From the IMG/VR virus record IMGVR_UViG_3300020414_001760: a stretch of DNA of 64,000 nucleotides. The stretch is one strand, 5' to 3'. The notes under the pieces are model-generated. The model did not search any database. It was not told the origin of the DNA and worked only from the letters and a program-made list of their open reading frames with translations. Source of the DNA: an uncultured virus (IMG/VR IMGVR_UViG_3300020414_001760). Its lineage: Duplodnaviria; Heunggongvirae; Uroviricota; Caudoviricetes. The position numbers and the translations under genes were made by a program. Numbering within the stretch: the stretch's first letter is position 1; each line of letters opens with the position of its first letter. Below, piece by piece: positions 8,844 to 18,487 of the stretch.

Positions 8844-9818
8844 TTACTGTTGTCTGTTGCGGATCATTGCAAGAATGTCTTCCGCTTTATTATTATCTGC
8901 TGGTGCAGTTGTTGACTCAGTAGTAGTTGCTGGTGCTTCTGCTACTGCTTCTGCTGGAGCAGTTTCAGTAACTGGAGCCGCCGCTGGAGCAGGAGTTGGA
9001 GTAGATGCTTTTACAGGATCACCTGTTCTTGCACTTACGCCTGCTGGTCTAAAGTATTGACCAAACTGTTCCATATCGTATGCTTCACCATCAACTGATG
9101 CTTCAAACATCTTTTTAATTACACCTACTTCAACCTCTGAAGGTTTCTTAGGTAAGTAATCGCTCAAGTTAAACAAACCGCTATCTTCAATAGCTTTGTA
9201 CTCTGACTCAGCTAATGGTCTCTCTTTACGAGCCCAGTTTGAAGTTGAGTAGTCTGCATAACCACCTTTTGATGTTTTAGCAATCCTAAAGTCCACACCT
9301 GCTGTATAATCAGTAGGTAGTTCGTTCATATCTGGATCCATCAATGCTCCTTTAATAATTTGGAATATTTGTGGACCAATTATGAAACGTCTAATTGGAT
9401 TTGCTGGAGTTGAATCCTCTTTTAAAGGATTGTCTGTAACAAAGCCTTGGAATACATATGAACGTTTTTTCCAATACTTACGTCCCATGTCTTCTAAGTT
9501 TTTGTCTTTAAACCAACCACGTACTTCTGAAAGTACTGGGCAAGTTTCCCCATACATTTCCATACAAGGTACTTGTACCTGTACAGGGCGAGAGTCTGTC
9601 TCACCTTTGATTCCAGCAAATGGAAGTTTGATCATCAAACGTTCTTGCCAGAAAAATGTATTATTTTCGTCACCATCAGGTAAGAAACGAACAGTTGATG
9701 TTTCGCCTTCCTTTAAGTTCCAAAATGGGTAAATGGCGTTGTCGCCGCCTGTGGATTGACCCGATGAGCGGGTTTCCTGTTCTTTTAGTTTTGCACGAAT
9801 TTCTGCTAATGTAGCCAT
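8844..9818 (-). CDS. gp32: Single-stranded DNA-binding protein, gp32-like
   Basis: VRFLPD, CPV, YWKKRSY, GGYADYSTS motifs, Ala/Pro/Thr linker and DILAMIRNRQ tail; next to uvsX. Confidence 0.88.
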   Translation of the reverse strand: MATLAEIRAKLKEQETRSSGQSTGGDNAIYPFWNLKEGETSTVRFLPDGDENNTFFWQERLMIKLPFAGIKGETDSRPVQVQVPCMEMYGETCPVLSEVRGWFKDKNLEDMGRKYWKKRSYVFQGFVTDNPLKEDSTPANPIRRFIIGPQIFQIIKGALMDPDMNELPTDYTAGVDFRIAKTSKGGYADYSTSNWARKERPLAESEYKAIEDSGLFNLSDYLPKKPSEVEVGVIKKMFEASVDGEAYDMEQFGQYFRPAGVSARTGDPVKASTPTPAPAAAPVTETAPAEAVAEAPATTTESTTAPADNNKAEDILAMIRNRQQ

Positions 9819-9886
9819 AATATAAGCCTCCTATAAATTGTTAAGCCTTCGTTGCTTTGTGCCTGTTAAGTGTAGCACAGTTTTAT

Positions 9887-9915
9887 ATACTACACTAATA
9901 TACTTATAAAGTCAA
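9887..9915 (-). promoter_or_regulatory. Sigma70-type promoter TTGACT-N17-TAGTAT for gp32-uvsX-uvsY
   Basis: TTGACT at 9915-9910, 17 nt spacer, TAGTAT at 9892-9887; AGGAGG RBS before gp32. Confidence 0.75.
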
Positions 9916-9947
9916 GTCTTTGTTTGCCAAAAAAGTGACTTTACGTA

Positions 9948-12113
9948 CTAAACGCCTGCTAGGTGTTTAATTCTTTCCATCTCGCGATCTTTTCCTGCCT
10001 TAAGTCTTTCGATCATCTTCTCTGCAAATGGTATTGCTCTATCTCCAAACTCTTTTTCACAAGCAGTTACAATGGCAGTTTCACCTTTTGGAAATGAGTT
10101 AGTAGTATAGTCATAATGTGATTTAACTAGCTCTTCTAACTTCTCACCTGGTGATTTGTCATCTTCCTTGTTCATCGCTTTGTCGTCTTTTTCAATGCTA
10201 CCGTCTGGATTCATTTTAACATCAATTGTGTCATCATCTTCCTTGTAGCCTTTTTCTTTTGCTTCTGAATCCAATTCTGCTTTTTTACGCATAACTTCTT
10301 TTTTAAGTTTTTCGTCTTTGCTTGTATTTGGATCCATTTGGATATCTTGAATAGCTTTTTTCTTAGCCTGATAATCTTCTTTGTCTTTAATTTCTTCTGT
10401 AGGTTGTTGCTCCAAATCACCTGTATCAAGTTTTGACATAATGCTTGGTGCTTTTGCTTTTACATACTTCACTACTAATGGTCTTACGTCTGTTGTTGAT
10501 TCCTTTTGTCCTACCTGTTTGAACATATCTAAAAGCATCGGGTCGTCTATGACACCCTTTAAACTCATAACAGCATTGTTACCGTTAACTCCGGCTTGAA
10601 ATTCTGTTGCCATTAAGCCATTAAGTTTTTTAATCGCGGCTTCTTGGTCTTTGCCTTCGCCGTTAATTAAAGCATCTTCAGTTTCTCCCACTATCATGGA
10701 TAATTCGTTTTCGAATTCTGCTTCTGGATTAAGTTCACCGTTCTCATTAACAGTATAACCTTCTTTATCCAAAGCATCTATTACTGCATCACGTGGTGCC
10801 ATTGTGTGTACAATAACTCCGCCTTGTGACATTTCATCTGGCTCACACTTACATTCAATGCCTGCTTTTTGACAAGCATATTCCATTTCTTCACAATCTT
10901 TTTCAGAAATGCCTCTGTCTTCATCATAGTCACCTTCGATGTCTATTCTGTGTGCGTGTGCTTCTTGTCCACCTTCATGTCCACTAGCTTCGTCTTGTAT
11001 TAATTCTTCTTGATGTTTAGCAAGTTCTTCCATTGAGTCAAATGGTCCACCTGTTTGTTTACCATCTCTGTATGAATAAAACTTTCCGTCCTTGTGTACT
11101 GCTGACAAACCATATTTGTTCATGCCCATATCACTTGGACCTACTTCTTCAATTTTATTCTTTTCACTTACTAATTTGTTTATGTATGGAAATACACTTT
11201 TTAGTTCTTCGTTAAAAGTTCTAATAGTTAATTCATCAATCCAACTGTTTTGTAATTCTTCTGGAACTTCTTCCATTACCACTGGACTGAAATCTTTGAT
11301 AGCTTCTGCGTAATGACCTGCACGTTGTAATTTCATTACTTCAGTTTTAATTGTATCAAGTCTTTCATTAACTAGATCCATGTAACCTTTCAAGCCTTCT
11401 GCCATTACAGCTGAACGGTTCATGTAAGTTTTAAACTGTCTTAGCTTTGATAATTCTTCGCTGAGTGAAACGATATGTTTACCAAAGTCATCGTATAAGT
11501 TTCCGCCTTCGCTTACGTGTCTAGCTAAAGCTCTTGCACCATTTAAGTGTCTGAATGGATATTTAAATCTTTCTCCATTTTCACTTTCAATATAAATGCT
11601 GTGTACGTGTTGTGTTCTTGCTCCAGGAACTTCCATGTTCACTGGTTGTGTATGTTTTAGTACTAGCCTAGCTTTGTCTACATCTTCGTAACTTGTTCTA
11701 CTAGTGCCGTACATTTTACTCTCACTCATTGTTTTGTCTCCGGCAGTTTTAGTTAAGTGTTGGTAATCTCTTTTGTCTAGATTACTTTTTGTTATATCAC
11801 GTGTATCAAAGTTAAGCATATTTCTCTTTGAAAATACTCTTAATTCTTTTAAAAAATCGTACCATTGTCCTTTGATGCTATCTGGCTGTTCTGAAACAAA
11901 AGTGTTGTTGTATGTTACAGCAACTTCTTTCTCTGTTAGTGACACACTTACTTTGCCTAATGAATCTTCGCCTACCTTGTAGTCAAAGTCAAAATAACGT
12001 GCTAATTTAGGCTCATCTGTTACTACACCTGCTTCGTCGCCAAGTGTTACTGATGGAAATCTGCCTCTAATTTTAGCAAATAGCTGTTCTGATATATTGT
12101 CCATATTGCTCAT
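9948..12113 (-). CDS. Large acidic hypothetical protein (possible head-associated protein)
   Basis: 721 aa ORF with a late-promoter motif 5 nt before the ATG; immediately downstream of terminase. Confidence 0.6.
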   Translation of the reverse strand: MSNMDNISEQLFAKIRGRFPSVTLGDEAGVVTDEPKLARYFDFDYKVGEDSLGKVSVSLTEKEVAVTYNNTFVSEQPDSIKGQWYDFLKELRVFSKRNMLNFDTRDITKSNLDKRDYQHLTKTAGDKTMSESKMYGTSRTSYEDVDKARLVLKHTQPVNMEVPGARTQHVHSIYIESENGERFKYPFRHLNGARALARHVSEGGNLYDDFGKHIVSLSEELSKLRQFKTYMNRSAVMAEGLKGYMDLVNERLDTIKTEVMKLQRAGHYAEAIKDFSPVVMEEVPEELQNSWIDELTIRTFNEELKSVFPYINKLVSEKNKIEEVGPSDMGMNKYGLSAVHKDGKFYSYRDGKQTGGPFDSMEELAKHQEELIQDEASGHEGGQEAHAHRIDIEGDYDEDRGISEKDCEEMEYACQKAGIECKCEPDEMSQGGVIVHTMAPRDAVIDALDKEGYTVNENGELNPEAEFENELSMIVGETEDALINGEGKDQEAAIKKLNGLMATEFQAGVNGNNAVMSLKGVIDDPMLLDMFKQVGQKESTTDVRPLVVKYVKAKAPSIMSKLDTGDLEQQPTEEIKDKEDYQAKKKAIQDIQMDPNTSKDEKLKKEVMRKKAELDSEAKEKGYKEDDDTIDVKMNPDGSIEKDDKAMNKEDDKSPGEKLEELVKSHYDYTTNSFPKGETAIVTACEKEFGDRAIPFAEKMIERLKAGKDREMERIKHLAGV

Positions 12114-12118
12114 ATAAC

Positions 12119-12126
12119 TATTTATC
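12119..12126 (-). promoter_or_regulatory. Putative late promoter GATAAATA, 5 nt before the ATG
   Basis: Motif overlaps the terminase stop codon; no SD sequence between motif and start. Confidence 0.6.
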
Positions 12127-13711
12127 TTATGTTTGTGGAAACAAATATAGGCATGGGCGGTGTAGCGTCCTCGCCTGTATCCGCTTGATTGAAGGTTTCG
12201 TACACTCTAGGATCCCAGTCTTTAAGTACTGCCATAATACGCATACTCAGTAAACAAGCACTTACTAGATCGTCTGTTTCTCCTGGTTTAGCTTTAAAAC
12301 TGCTACCACTAGCAACAAACGCCTTAAGCTCACTTATTAATACTTTGCTGTTTACTTGTAGCTTGTCATTTTCAACCATGTTCTTTAATCTAGTACAAGC
12401 ACTAATTTTAGTACTGTGAGTTGTATTAAATCCTTTTCTAAACTTACGTACATGGCCTTTTCTAATAGGTTCTGATACACACATACCTGGTATATTCTCT
12501 TCACCCATATCTCTAATAACAATAAGAGCACCTTCGCCTATTGAATTGTTTTCAACTGACCAGTATATGTTCTGTCCATCATTAGAACAACTTTCTTTAA
12601 TGTAATTACAGATATCTTTTAGTATTCTTATCTGTGCAGGTATTGGTGTAGTGTTGTGTCGCCACTCTGCTATTTGTTTGTATGTAGGTAATTCAAATAC
12701 TTGTATCGCGGCATAGTCGCCTCCTGTACCCATAGCTGGATCAAGTGCAACAACATAAGTGTTAGTTCCATTAGGCTTACCATACCAACGTGTTTGTCCC
12801 ATGTTCATGACAGGATCAACACCTTCTAAACTTGATAACTTAATACTGTTAATAAGTGTTTCATCGTAAACTAAAAACTCACAACCATACTCACGTCTAA
12901 ATCTTTCTTCACCAATACGACCTACTTCTGTCTTCGCCCAATCTTCATCTCTGTCAGGATGTTCGTCCCATTTAGCAGTAAAGCCATGAAAGCCATTAGT
13001 ACCTATTTCGCTTTCGTTACCATTCTCATCAAACTTGTTTTGTGATTCTTTCCATATGATAGCAAACGTATCTTCATCTGAGTTAGGTGTGCTTGTAATA
13101 ATTGCACGACCACCTGTTGCTAGTGTTGGAGATATCGAAGTCCAAAATTCATCTGCAATACTTGGATTAACAAATGCAAACTCATCACAGTATAATAAAG
13201 ATATTGACATACCTCTTCCTGTGTTACCTGTTGTAGTAGCACTAACTATTCTACTACCATTTTCAAACTCCATGCTACCTTTGTTGTAGTTAGTAACACC
13301 TGCTCTGATACTGTCAGGACATAATTCATATCCATAACGAATACGTTGCATAATTTCTTGAGCACCTGTGTATTTGTGTGCGGCAATTAGTATTGTTTGG
13401 TCTGGATGAAACATAGCATACCATAACAAGTAACCCGCGGCAGTTGTTGTCTTACCACTTTGTCTTGGCAACATATTAATATTAAATCTGTGATTGTGAT
13501 AACTTTCTAGTAGGCGTTCTTGATATTGAAAAGGTTCAAACAGAGTTTTCCCCTGAACAGGGTGTTGTATATTAAAAAACTTTTGACAAAAATATAGATA
13601 GCCTGTGTCAGGATCTATACATTTCTTTAGTTCCTCAATACCTGATTCATCATATTTTTCACGTTGGTGTGCTTTTTTGGTAAGGACACCATCTAAACTT
13701 TTTGTTGCCAT
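12122..13711 (-). CDS. gp17: Terminase large subunit, T4 gp17-like
   Basis: PRQSGKTT (Walker A), LLYCDEFAF (Walker B), TSTPN, ALDPAMG nuclease motif, DDLVSA. Confidence 0.95.
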   Translation of the reverse strand: MATKSLDGVLTKKAHQREKYDESGIEELKKCIDPDTGYLYFCQKFFNIQHPVQGKTLFEPFQYQERLLESYHNHRFNINMLPRQSGKTTTAAGYLLWYAMFHPDQTILIAAHKYTGAQEIMQRIRYGYELCPDSIRAGVTNYNKGSMEFENGSRIVSATTTGNTGRGMSISLLYCDEFAFVNPSIADEFWTSISPTLATGGRAIITSTPNSDEDTFAIIWKESQNKFDENGNESEIGTNGFHGFTAKWDEHPDRDEDWAKTEVGRIGEERFRREYGCEFLVYDETLINSIKLSSLEGVDPVMNMGQTRWYGKPNGTNTYVVALDPAMGTGGDYAAIQVFELPTYKQIAEWRHNTTPIPAQIRILKDICNYIKESCSNDGQNIYWSVENNSIGEGALIVIRDMGEENIPGMCVSEPIRKGHVRKFRKGFNTTHSTKISACTRLKNMVENDKLQVNSKVLISELKAFVASGSSFKAKPGETDDLVSACLLSMRIMAVLKDWDPRVYETFNQADTGEDATPPMPIFVSTNIR

Positions 13712-13716
13712 ACTAG

Positions 13717-13724
13717 TATTTATA
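13717..13724 (-). promoter_or_regulatory. T4 consensus late promoter TATAAATA, 5 nt before the terminase ATG
   Basis: Exact match to the T4 gp55 late promoter consensus. Confidence 0.75.
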
Positions 13725-13729
13725 GGTGA

Positions 13730-13753
13730 AAATAGGGCTCGAAAGCCCTATTT
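13730..13753 (-). terminator. Rho-independent terminator with UUCG loop
   Basis: Minus strand AAATAGGGCT-TTCG-AGCCCTATTT: perfect 10 bp stem ending in a T run. Confidence 0.8.
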
Positions 13754-13793
13754 GGTTTACACTAATTGGGAGGAAATAGTGATTGTAGTTAAA

Positions 13794-14408
13794 TTAACCG
13801 CAGTGGGCGTCATAAAGTTTTTTAATCTTTTCTTCGTTACAACCCGCTTCTTTGTATTTTTTAACTATCTCTGCTTTTGACATTCCGTCATCAGCACACT
13901 TTTTAATTTCTTTGCCACTTGGTAAAGCCATCTCTTTTCCTTTACCTTCTTTCATTACTTCTGAAAGTTTTGCGGCCAATTCAGCTTTGATCTCATCTTC
14001 AAGTGCCATTGGATTATCTCCACCTGCAACTTTTGGATATGATTTTTTCTGTCTGTTAAGTCCACCTGCTAAATCATTTTGCATATAAGCTGTGTCTTGA
14101 TGTTGCTCATCTGGTGAGTTATCCCACTCGCCTTCTTTTTCTGCAACTTCATCTTCGCAACCTGGCTCCATGTCGTCCATGCCTTTTGGTGGCATTGGAG
14201 GTAGATCCATAACCTTTAAACTTTTTTCTATGTCATCTCTTGGAGACATCTTAGGTAAATCTTGCATTACTTCTGGCTTACCGCCTGCATCTTTTACCAT
14301 CTTCATTAAAGTTGCTACGTCATCAGCAGTTTCACCTGACATCGAAATGCTCATGTTTACGGCTTCATTTAATGAATCAATCTTTTTGTAAATATCTTTT
14401 AGTTTCAT
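13794..14408 (-). CDS. Acidic hypothetical protein (candidate internal head protein)
   Basis: 204 aa; the N-terminus MKLKDIYKKIDSLNEA resembles a prohead-protease-cleaved leader. Confidence 0.55.
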   Translation of the reverse strand: MKLKDIYKKIDSLNEAVNMSISMSGETADDVATLMKMVKDAGGKPEVMQDLPKMSPRDDIEKSLKVMDLPPMPPKGMDDMEPGCEDEVAEKEGEWDNSPDEQHQDTAYMQNDLAGGLNRQKKSYPKVAGGDNPMALEDEIKAELAAKLSEVMKEGKGKEMALPSGKEIKKCADDGMSKAEIVKKYKEAGCNEEKIKKLYDAHCG

Positions 14409-14974
14409 TATTTGCTCCCTACTGGACTAGTTTTACCAACTTCACCCATATCGTGTTTTTGTTCTTTATCTGGCTCACCTGCTACACTTGGATCGTTTGC
14501 ACGTTCCTTTTTAGTAGCTTCAAGCTCTTTAAGTAACTCCATCACTCTGCTGTCGCCTACTTTTTTCTGTGCGTCTGGATCTGCTGATTCCATCTCTGAA
14601 CCTAACTTAGGCTCATATACTTGTTTGTAATCTTTGTCTTGATATTCTTCTTGAGGTGCTTCTGCATCTCTTAAACAAATGTAAGCTGGATCAACTCCAG
14701 TTACCTGTGAAATGTATTCACCTAGTATCTGTGCAGTAGTAGGATATGATAATTCTACTTCAAAATAATGAGTTTCTACGTTTTGTAATTTAGGAAAGTC
14801 TAACGGACGTTCTTGGATTGGTGTTTTCTTAGGCGGAGTCATATTAACTAGCCCAAACTTTTGCATACAGCTTTCGCAACTGTCTGTAAATCCTTCTGGT
14901 AAATCCCCAGCAATACCAAACTTAAACTTGTAAGTCTTTTTTGCTTCTGTTAGGTAATGTTCAAATGTCTTCAT
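14408..14974 (-). CDS. Hypothetical protein with a T4 capsid-targeting-like N-terminus
   Basis: Begins MKTFEHYLTEA; late motif at 14993-15000 and an AAGGA RBS. Confidence 0.6.
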   Translation of the reverse strand: MKTFEHYLTEAKKTYKFKFGIAGDLPEGFTDSCESCMQKFGLVNMTPPKKTPIQERPLDFPKLQNVETHYFEVELSYPTTAQILGEYISQVTGVDPAYICLRDAEAPQEEYQDKDYKQVYEPKLGSEMESADPDAQKKVGDSRVMELLKELEATKKERANDPSVAGEPDKEQKHDMGEVGKTSPVGSK

Positions 14975-14991
14975 TGTCTTTCCTTATATGT

Positions 14992-15486
14992 TTATTTATC
15001 CATGTTTTTCAATTTATTAAGCAAAGAGTTACGGTCCGTTACTACATATCCTTCACCGTTTACGATGTTATCACCTTCAATTCCACCTTCTTTATCCTGC
15101 TTTTCTTTACGTAATTGCAGTTCAACCATCTTAAGTTTGTTCTGTAGCTTAACAGTTTTAGCGTCTAAGTTAGTTTTAAGCATCTGTCCTGCAACTTCAA
15201 ATACACGACCACTATAACGTGATTCTACGTTCATACCCAAATCCATAAGATCATCATATGCAGTCATGGCCTTATCTGCTACTTCATTTAGCTCTTTATC
15301 TGCTAATTCGCCCAAGCCCTTTACCTGTGGTAGTGCCGCACTGATTTTATCCAATTCAGCTATTTCACGGAAGTCTTCTTTTTGCTCAACTACTGCTTTC
15401 TCTTTAGATTCAGCTTTTTCTTTTTCAGCTTTTATTATTTCCTGGCTGTCAGGTAAGTTAAGCAATTCTTCTAATTTTTTGGTCAT
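14992..15486 (-). CDS. Helical hypothetical protein, possible terminase small subunit
   Basis: 164 aa coiled-coil protein with C-terminal VVTDRNSLL; near gp17 and gp4. The call rests on context only. Confidence 0.35.
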   Translation of the reverse strand: MTKKLEELLNLPDSQEIIKAEKEKAESKEKAVVEQKEDFREIAELDKISAALPQVKGLGELADKELNEVADKAMTAYDDLMDLGMNVESRYSGRVFEVAGQMLKTNLDAKTVKLQNKLKMVELQLRKEKQDKEGGIEGDNIVNGEGYVVTDRNSLLNKLKNMDK

Positions 15487-15518
15487 ATTGTTTGTCCATT
15501 ATATGCTACTATTATTTA

Positions 15519-15962
15519 TCAACCTTTTCTGGTGCCCTGATGAAAAATGTCTTTTTCGGTAATCACTCTAAAGAAGATCTTCTTATTTTTGCACCAATGT
15601 CTTGCGGCTTCCCATTTTGCAACATTCTGTACGTATTGTGCTTGTCTAAATCTATCTCTACCTACTTCCTTTAACTTCATTTGGTTTTCAGGTTTTACTT
15701 CTATAAGTTCTGCGTGTTGTTTACCTTTAGCATCTGTATATTGTATTAGAAAGTCAGGAACATATATTGTCATTGAACCTGTTAATGGATTTTTGTAAGG
15801 AATCTTTACTGCCTCACTTGCCCATCTTGATACACTAGGAGACTCATCACAGAATTTCATAAAAGCAAATTCCCAACTTGATCTATACAGAGGATTTTTA
15901 TTACCCAGGTATTTCTCTGGGTGCTTCATGTTGTATCTGCCTTGTGCAAACTTCTTTGCCAT
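15519..15962 (-). CDS. gp4: Head completion protein gp4-like (TnsA-fold endonuclease)
   Basis: KYLG, YRSSWE, WASE, YVPDF, LIEVKP, KWEAA and FRVITE motifs. Confidence 0.88.
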   Translation of the reverse strand: MAKKFAQGRYNMKHPEKYLGNKNPLYRSSWEFAFMKFCDESPSVSRWASEAVKIPYKNPLTGSMTIYVPDFLIQYTDAKGKQHAELIEVKPENQMKLKEVGRDRFRQAQYVQNVAKWEAARHWCKNKKIFFRVITEKDIFHQGTRKG

Positions 15963-15966
15963 GAGC

Positions 15967-16329
15967 TTATACCAGTATGTTTCTAGTTTCTAATTTATTC
16001 TGGGATTGGTCTACTTTGTAACCTAGTGAACTAATTTTTTGTCTTGAAAAGTTTAATGTTTCTGTAACAACTTGTGATAGTTGTATTTCATCAAAGCCTT
16101 TTAATGTATCTAGTAATTCAAAAACTTTTATGTCATCTAACTTTGCTTGTCTCATTAATACTGCACCAATTGTTTGTGCAGATAATTTTTCAAAGCCTCT
16201 TGCTTCAAAAAATCCTACTACAGCATCAACTTCGTTTGAAGGAAACTCCAACGGTGCTGAATAGTATTCATTAAAAAACTTTTTAATTTTATCTGTAGTT
16301 GTAGTTTGTTTTGCTGGAATGTTTGGCAT
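15967..16329 (-). CDS. Hypothetical protein in the tail gene cluster
   Basis: 120 aa ORF whose start overlaps the stop of the tube-like gene. Confidence 0.65.
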   Translation of the reverse strand: MPNIPAKQTTTTDKIKKFFNEYYSAPLEFPSNEVDAVVGFFEARGFEKLSAQTIGAVLMRQAKLDDIKVFELLDTLKGFDEIQLSQVVTETLNFSRQKISSLGYKVDQSQNKLETRNILV

Positions 16330-17720
16330 TATGTTAACATACCTCCGCCTGCATCATTAAAATTATAGTTGCTACTTTTACTTATTGAATTTAAGTTACC
16401 TTTGGTTACAGCATTGTAGGCATCCTTGGCGGCCGAAGTTGCACTATTCCAAGCACTTGTAATTGCATCTGGATTTGCATCACCGCCTGCGGCCAAGTGT
16501 GCTTTTTTAAATCCTTCTGATTTTGTAAGTGCATCTAGTACACCTGGATTATTATTAACCAATGATGTTACACTACTTAATGATCCACCGTTGAGTTTAC
16601 TTATTACTGCCGCACCTGCGGATATACCTGCTACTGCTTTTGTAACATCTCCAAGACCGTCCATGCTCAACCCTTTAGGAAATGCTGTGTTGGCAATACC
16701 ACTTACATCTATTCCTGCCGCTTTACCTATTTGATCTTTTAATATACCAAAGCCTTCTTGACGTAAACCTTCTGAAGATAATGCTTTTGCATTACCTATA
16801 ACACTTCCAGTTTTTAAAACTGTACCTAAGAAACTTGCTGGAGAACTAAATGCTTGTCCGCTTGTAATATCTCCAAACACATCTGCGGCACCTGCCGCCA
16901 CTCCTCCTTGACCAAACAAGTTAACTGCACCGCCACCTGCTAATGAATTAGGTGATGGCATCTTATCATAATGTCCACTTGCCGCACCAAACATCTTAGG
17001 TGATGATCCTTCAGTTACTCCGCCTCTTGCATACCATACAGTTTCGTATAGAATTTGCATTTGGTTTTGTACAGGATCACTTGAACTATTTTCCATAGTG
17101 TCGTGAGCCCATTCGCCAATCATAGGATTAACTAAAGTGAAACAAGTATATCTATGTCTAGACATTTGATAGATTTGTATACTTTCAAAGAAGTGTTCAT
17201 GACTATCGTTGTCTAGTCCATATCTAAAATGATTACCTTCAGCTTGGTATGTATTTGATCTTTGATAAGCACCAGATGATGTAACAGGATCTGAACTACC
17301 ATTCAATGAAGCATAGTTACCATCTTTGTAATAATAACGATAGTAGGCTTCCCACATAGCAGTAACCTGTCCATAGTTATCATCATGGAATACTATGTTG
17401 ATAGGATCATAGTCTAGTCTTGTTTGTAAGTTTGCTTTTTTATTGTATTGATGTTTAAGTGTAGTGCTAACAGAATACTTAGGTAAATCAACACTCTTTA
17501 CAAGCATATTAATTTCTGGTGTCTTCAATTGCGGAATAATTTTTACCGCAACTGGATTTAAGTTGAAACTTACGTGATATAAAAATTTATGTTTTGGACT
17601 TAATCTATGTGCGTCATCTACATATAGTCTGGCCGCATGGGCAAAGTCCGCCATATTACCCTTAGGGCTTAACGCACCACTAACTACATTGTCCAAAAAT
17701 CCATTTAGTTTATTTGCCAT
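16329..17720 (-). CDS. Tail-tube-fold baseplate/tube initiator protein (gp48/gp54-like)
   Basis: VKSVDLPKY...YDPINIVFHDD tube-fold motifs followed by a Gly/Ala-rich tail; next to gp19. Confidence 0.6.
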   Translation of the reverse strand: MANKLNGFLDNVVSGALSPKGNMADFAHAARLYVDDAHRLSPKHKFLYHVSFNLNPVAVKIIPQLKTPEINMLVKSVDLPKYSVSTTLKHQYNKKANLQTRLDYDPINIVFHDDNYGQVTAMWEAYYRYYYKDGNYASLNGSSDPVTSSGAYQRSNTYQAEGNHFRYGLDNDSHEHFFESIQIYQMSRHRYTCFTLVNPMIGEWAHDTMENSSSDPVQNQMQILYETVWYARGGVTEGSSPKMFGAASGHYDKMPSPNSLAGGGAVNLFGQGGVAAGAADVFGDITSGQAFSSPASFLGTVLKTGSVIGNAKALSSEGLRQEGFGILKDQIGKAAGIDVSGIANTAFPKGLSMDGLGDVTKAVAGISAGAAVISKLNGGSLSSVTSLVNNNPGVLDALTKSEGFKKAHLAAGGDANPDAITSAWNSATSAAKDAYNAVTKGNLNSISKSSNYNFNDAGGGMLT

Positions 17721-17725
17721 ACTAG

Positions 17726-17733
17726 TATTTATC
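17726..17733 (-). promoter_or_regulatory. Putative late promoter GATAAATA, 5 nt before the ATG
   Basis: Reads GATAAATA-CTAGT-ATG, the same spacer as in front of terminase. Confidence 0.65.
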
Positions 17734-17761
17734 TAAAAAATTAAGTGCGTATAAAATACGA

Positions 17762-17790
17762 AAGGGACTAGTTAAAAAACTAGCCCCCTT
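17762..17790 (-). terminator. Stem-loop terminator downstream of the tail tube gene
   Basis: Minus strand GGGGCTAGTT...AACTAGTCCC followed by TTTCGTATTTT. Confidence 0.6.
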
Positions 17791-17826
17791 CAATATTCAG
17801 GAAATATTATGATTTAGTTACGTATC

Positions 17827-18456
17827 TTACGTAGATCCGCCACCTGTAATTAACGTATTAACAGTTCTACCTACTGCTGTTCCTACGCCAGTTCCTTGTG
17901 GTGTTTGAATTGCGTTATCGTATCTGATAGCTAATGCTACAGTTACTGGATCGTTAGTTGCGTATGCTAATGTATTATAGTTAGCACTTTCTAAGTAACA
18001 ACCGTACAATTCAAATGTTTCTAAAACGTTTGCTGTGTTGATTCCGTTACCACCATCAAGTATTTCAATTCTTGTAACGAATTTGTAATCGCTACCTGAA
18101 GCCGCACTTGATTGTTCAAAGAAATCAAATTGTTTCTGTAGTTGCTCACCAACTAGTTTCTGTACGTTGTTTGAAACATCTTCTCTTAATGTTAATGTAA
18201 TTGGTTCCCAAGTATGTTTACCTGCTAGGTATACTCTTGAGTTGTATACATCAACTGTAATCTGTTCGAAACTTACGTTTGGTCTAGTTACGTCTTGCAC
18301 CTGTTTTGTTAGTTCTGTTGTTGGTGTTGATACTCCAAAGTTTTCCAGGCTCACTCTAAAGCGATACTGGAGCTTCGGCATCAACAAGCCCTGATTAGAA
18401 CTAGATGCACTAGAATCTAATGGGACTGTAATTTTTGAAAGTGTTGAAATTGCCAT
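17827..18456 (-). CDS. gp19: Tail tube protein gp19-like
   Basis: PKLQYRFRV, YLAGKHTWEPITLTLRED, IRYDNA; follows the sheath gene; late motif at 18477-18484 plus AGGAG. Confidence 0.85.
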   Translation of the reverse strand: MAISTLSKITVPLDSSASSSNQGLLMPKLQYRFRVSLENFGVSTPTTELTKQVQDVTRPNVSFEQITVDVYNSRVYLAGKHTWEPITLTLREDVSNNVQKLVGEQLQKQFDFFEQSSAASGSDYKFVTRIEILDGGNGINTANVLETFELYGCYLESANYNTLAYATNDPVTVALAIRYDNAIQTPQGTGVGTAVGRTVNTLITGGGST

Positions 18457-18487
18457 TTAATATCTCCTGTTTAAACTATTTATCCTT

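Noticed and set aside
15519..15962. TnsA-like transposase or mobile element
   Set aside because: Motifs and position match the T4 gp4 head completion protein; no other transposition genes or terminal repeats.
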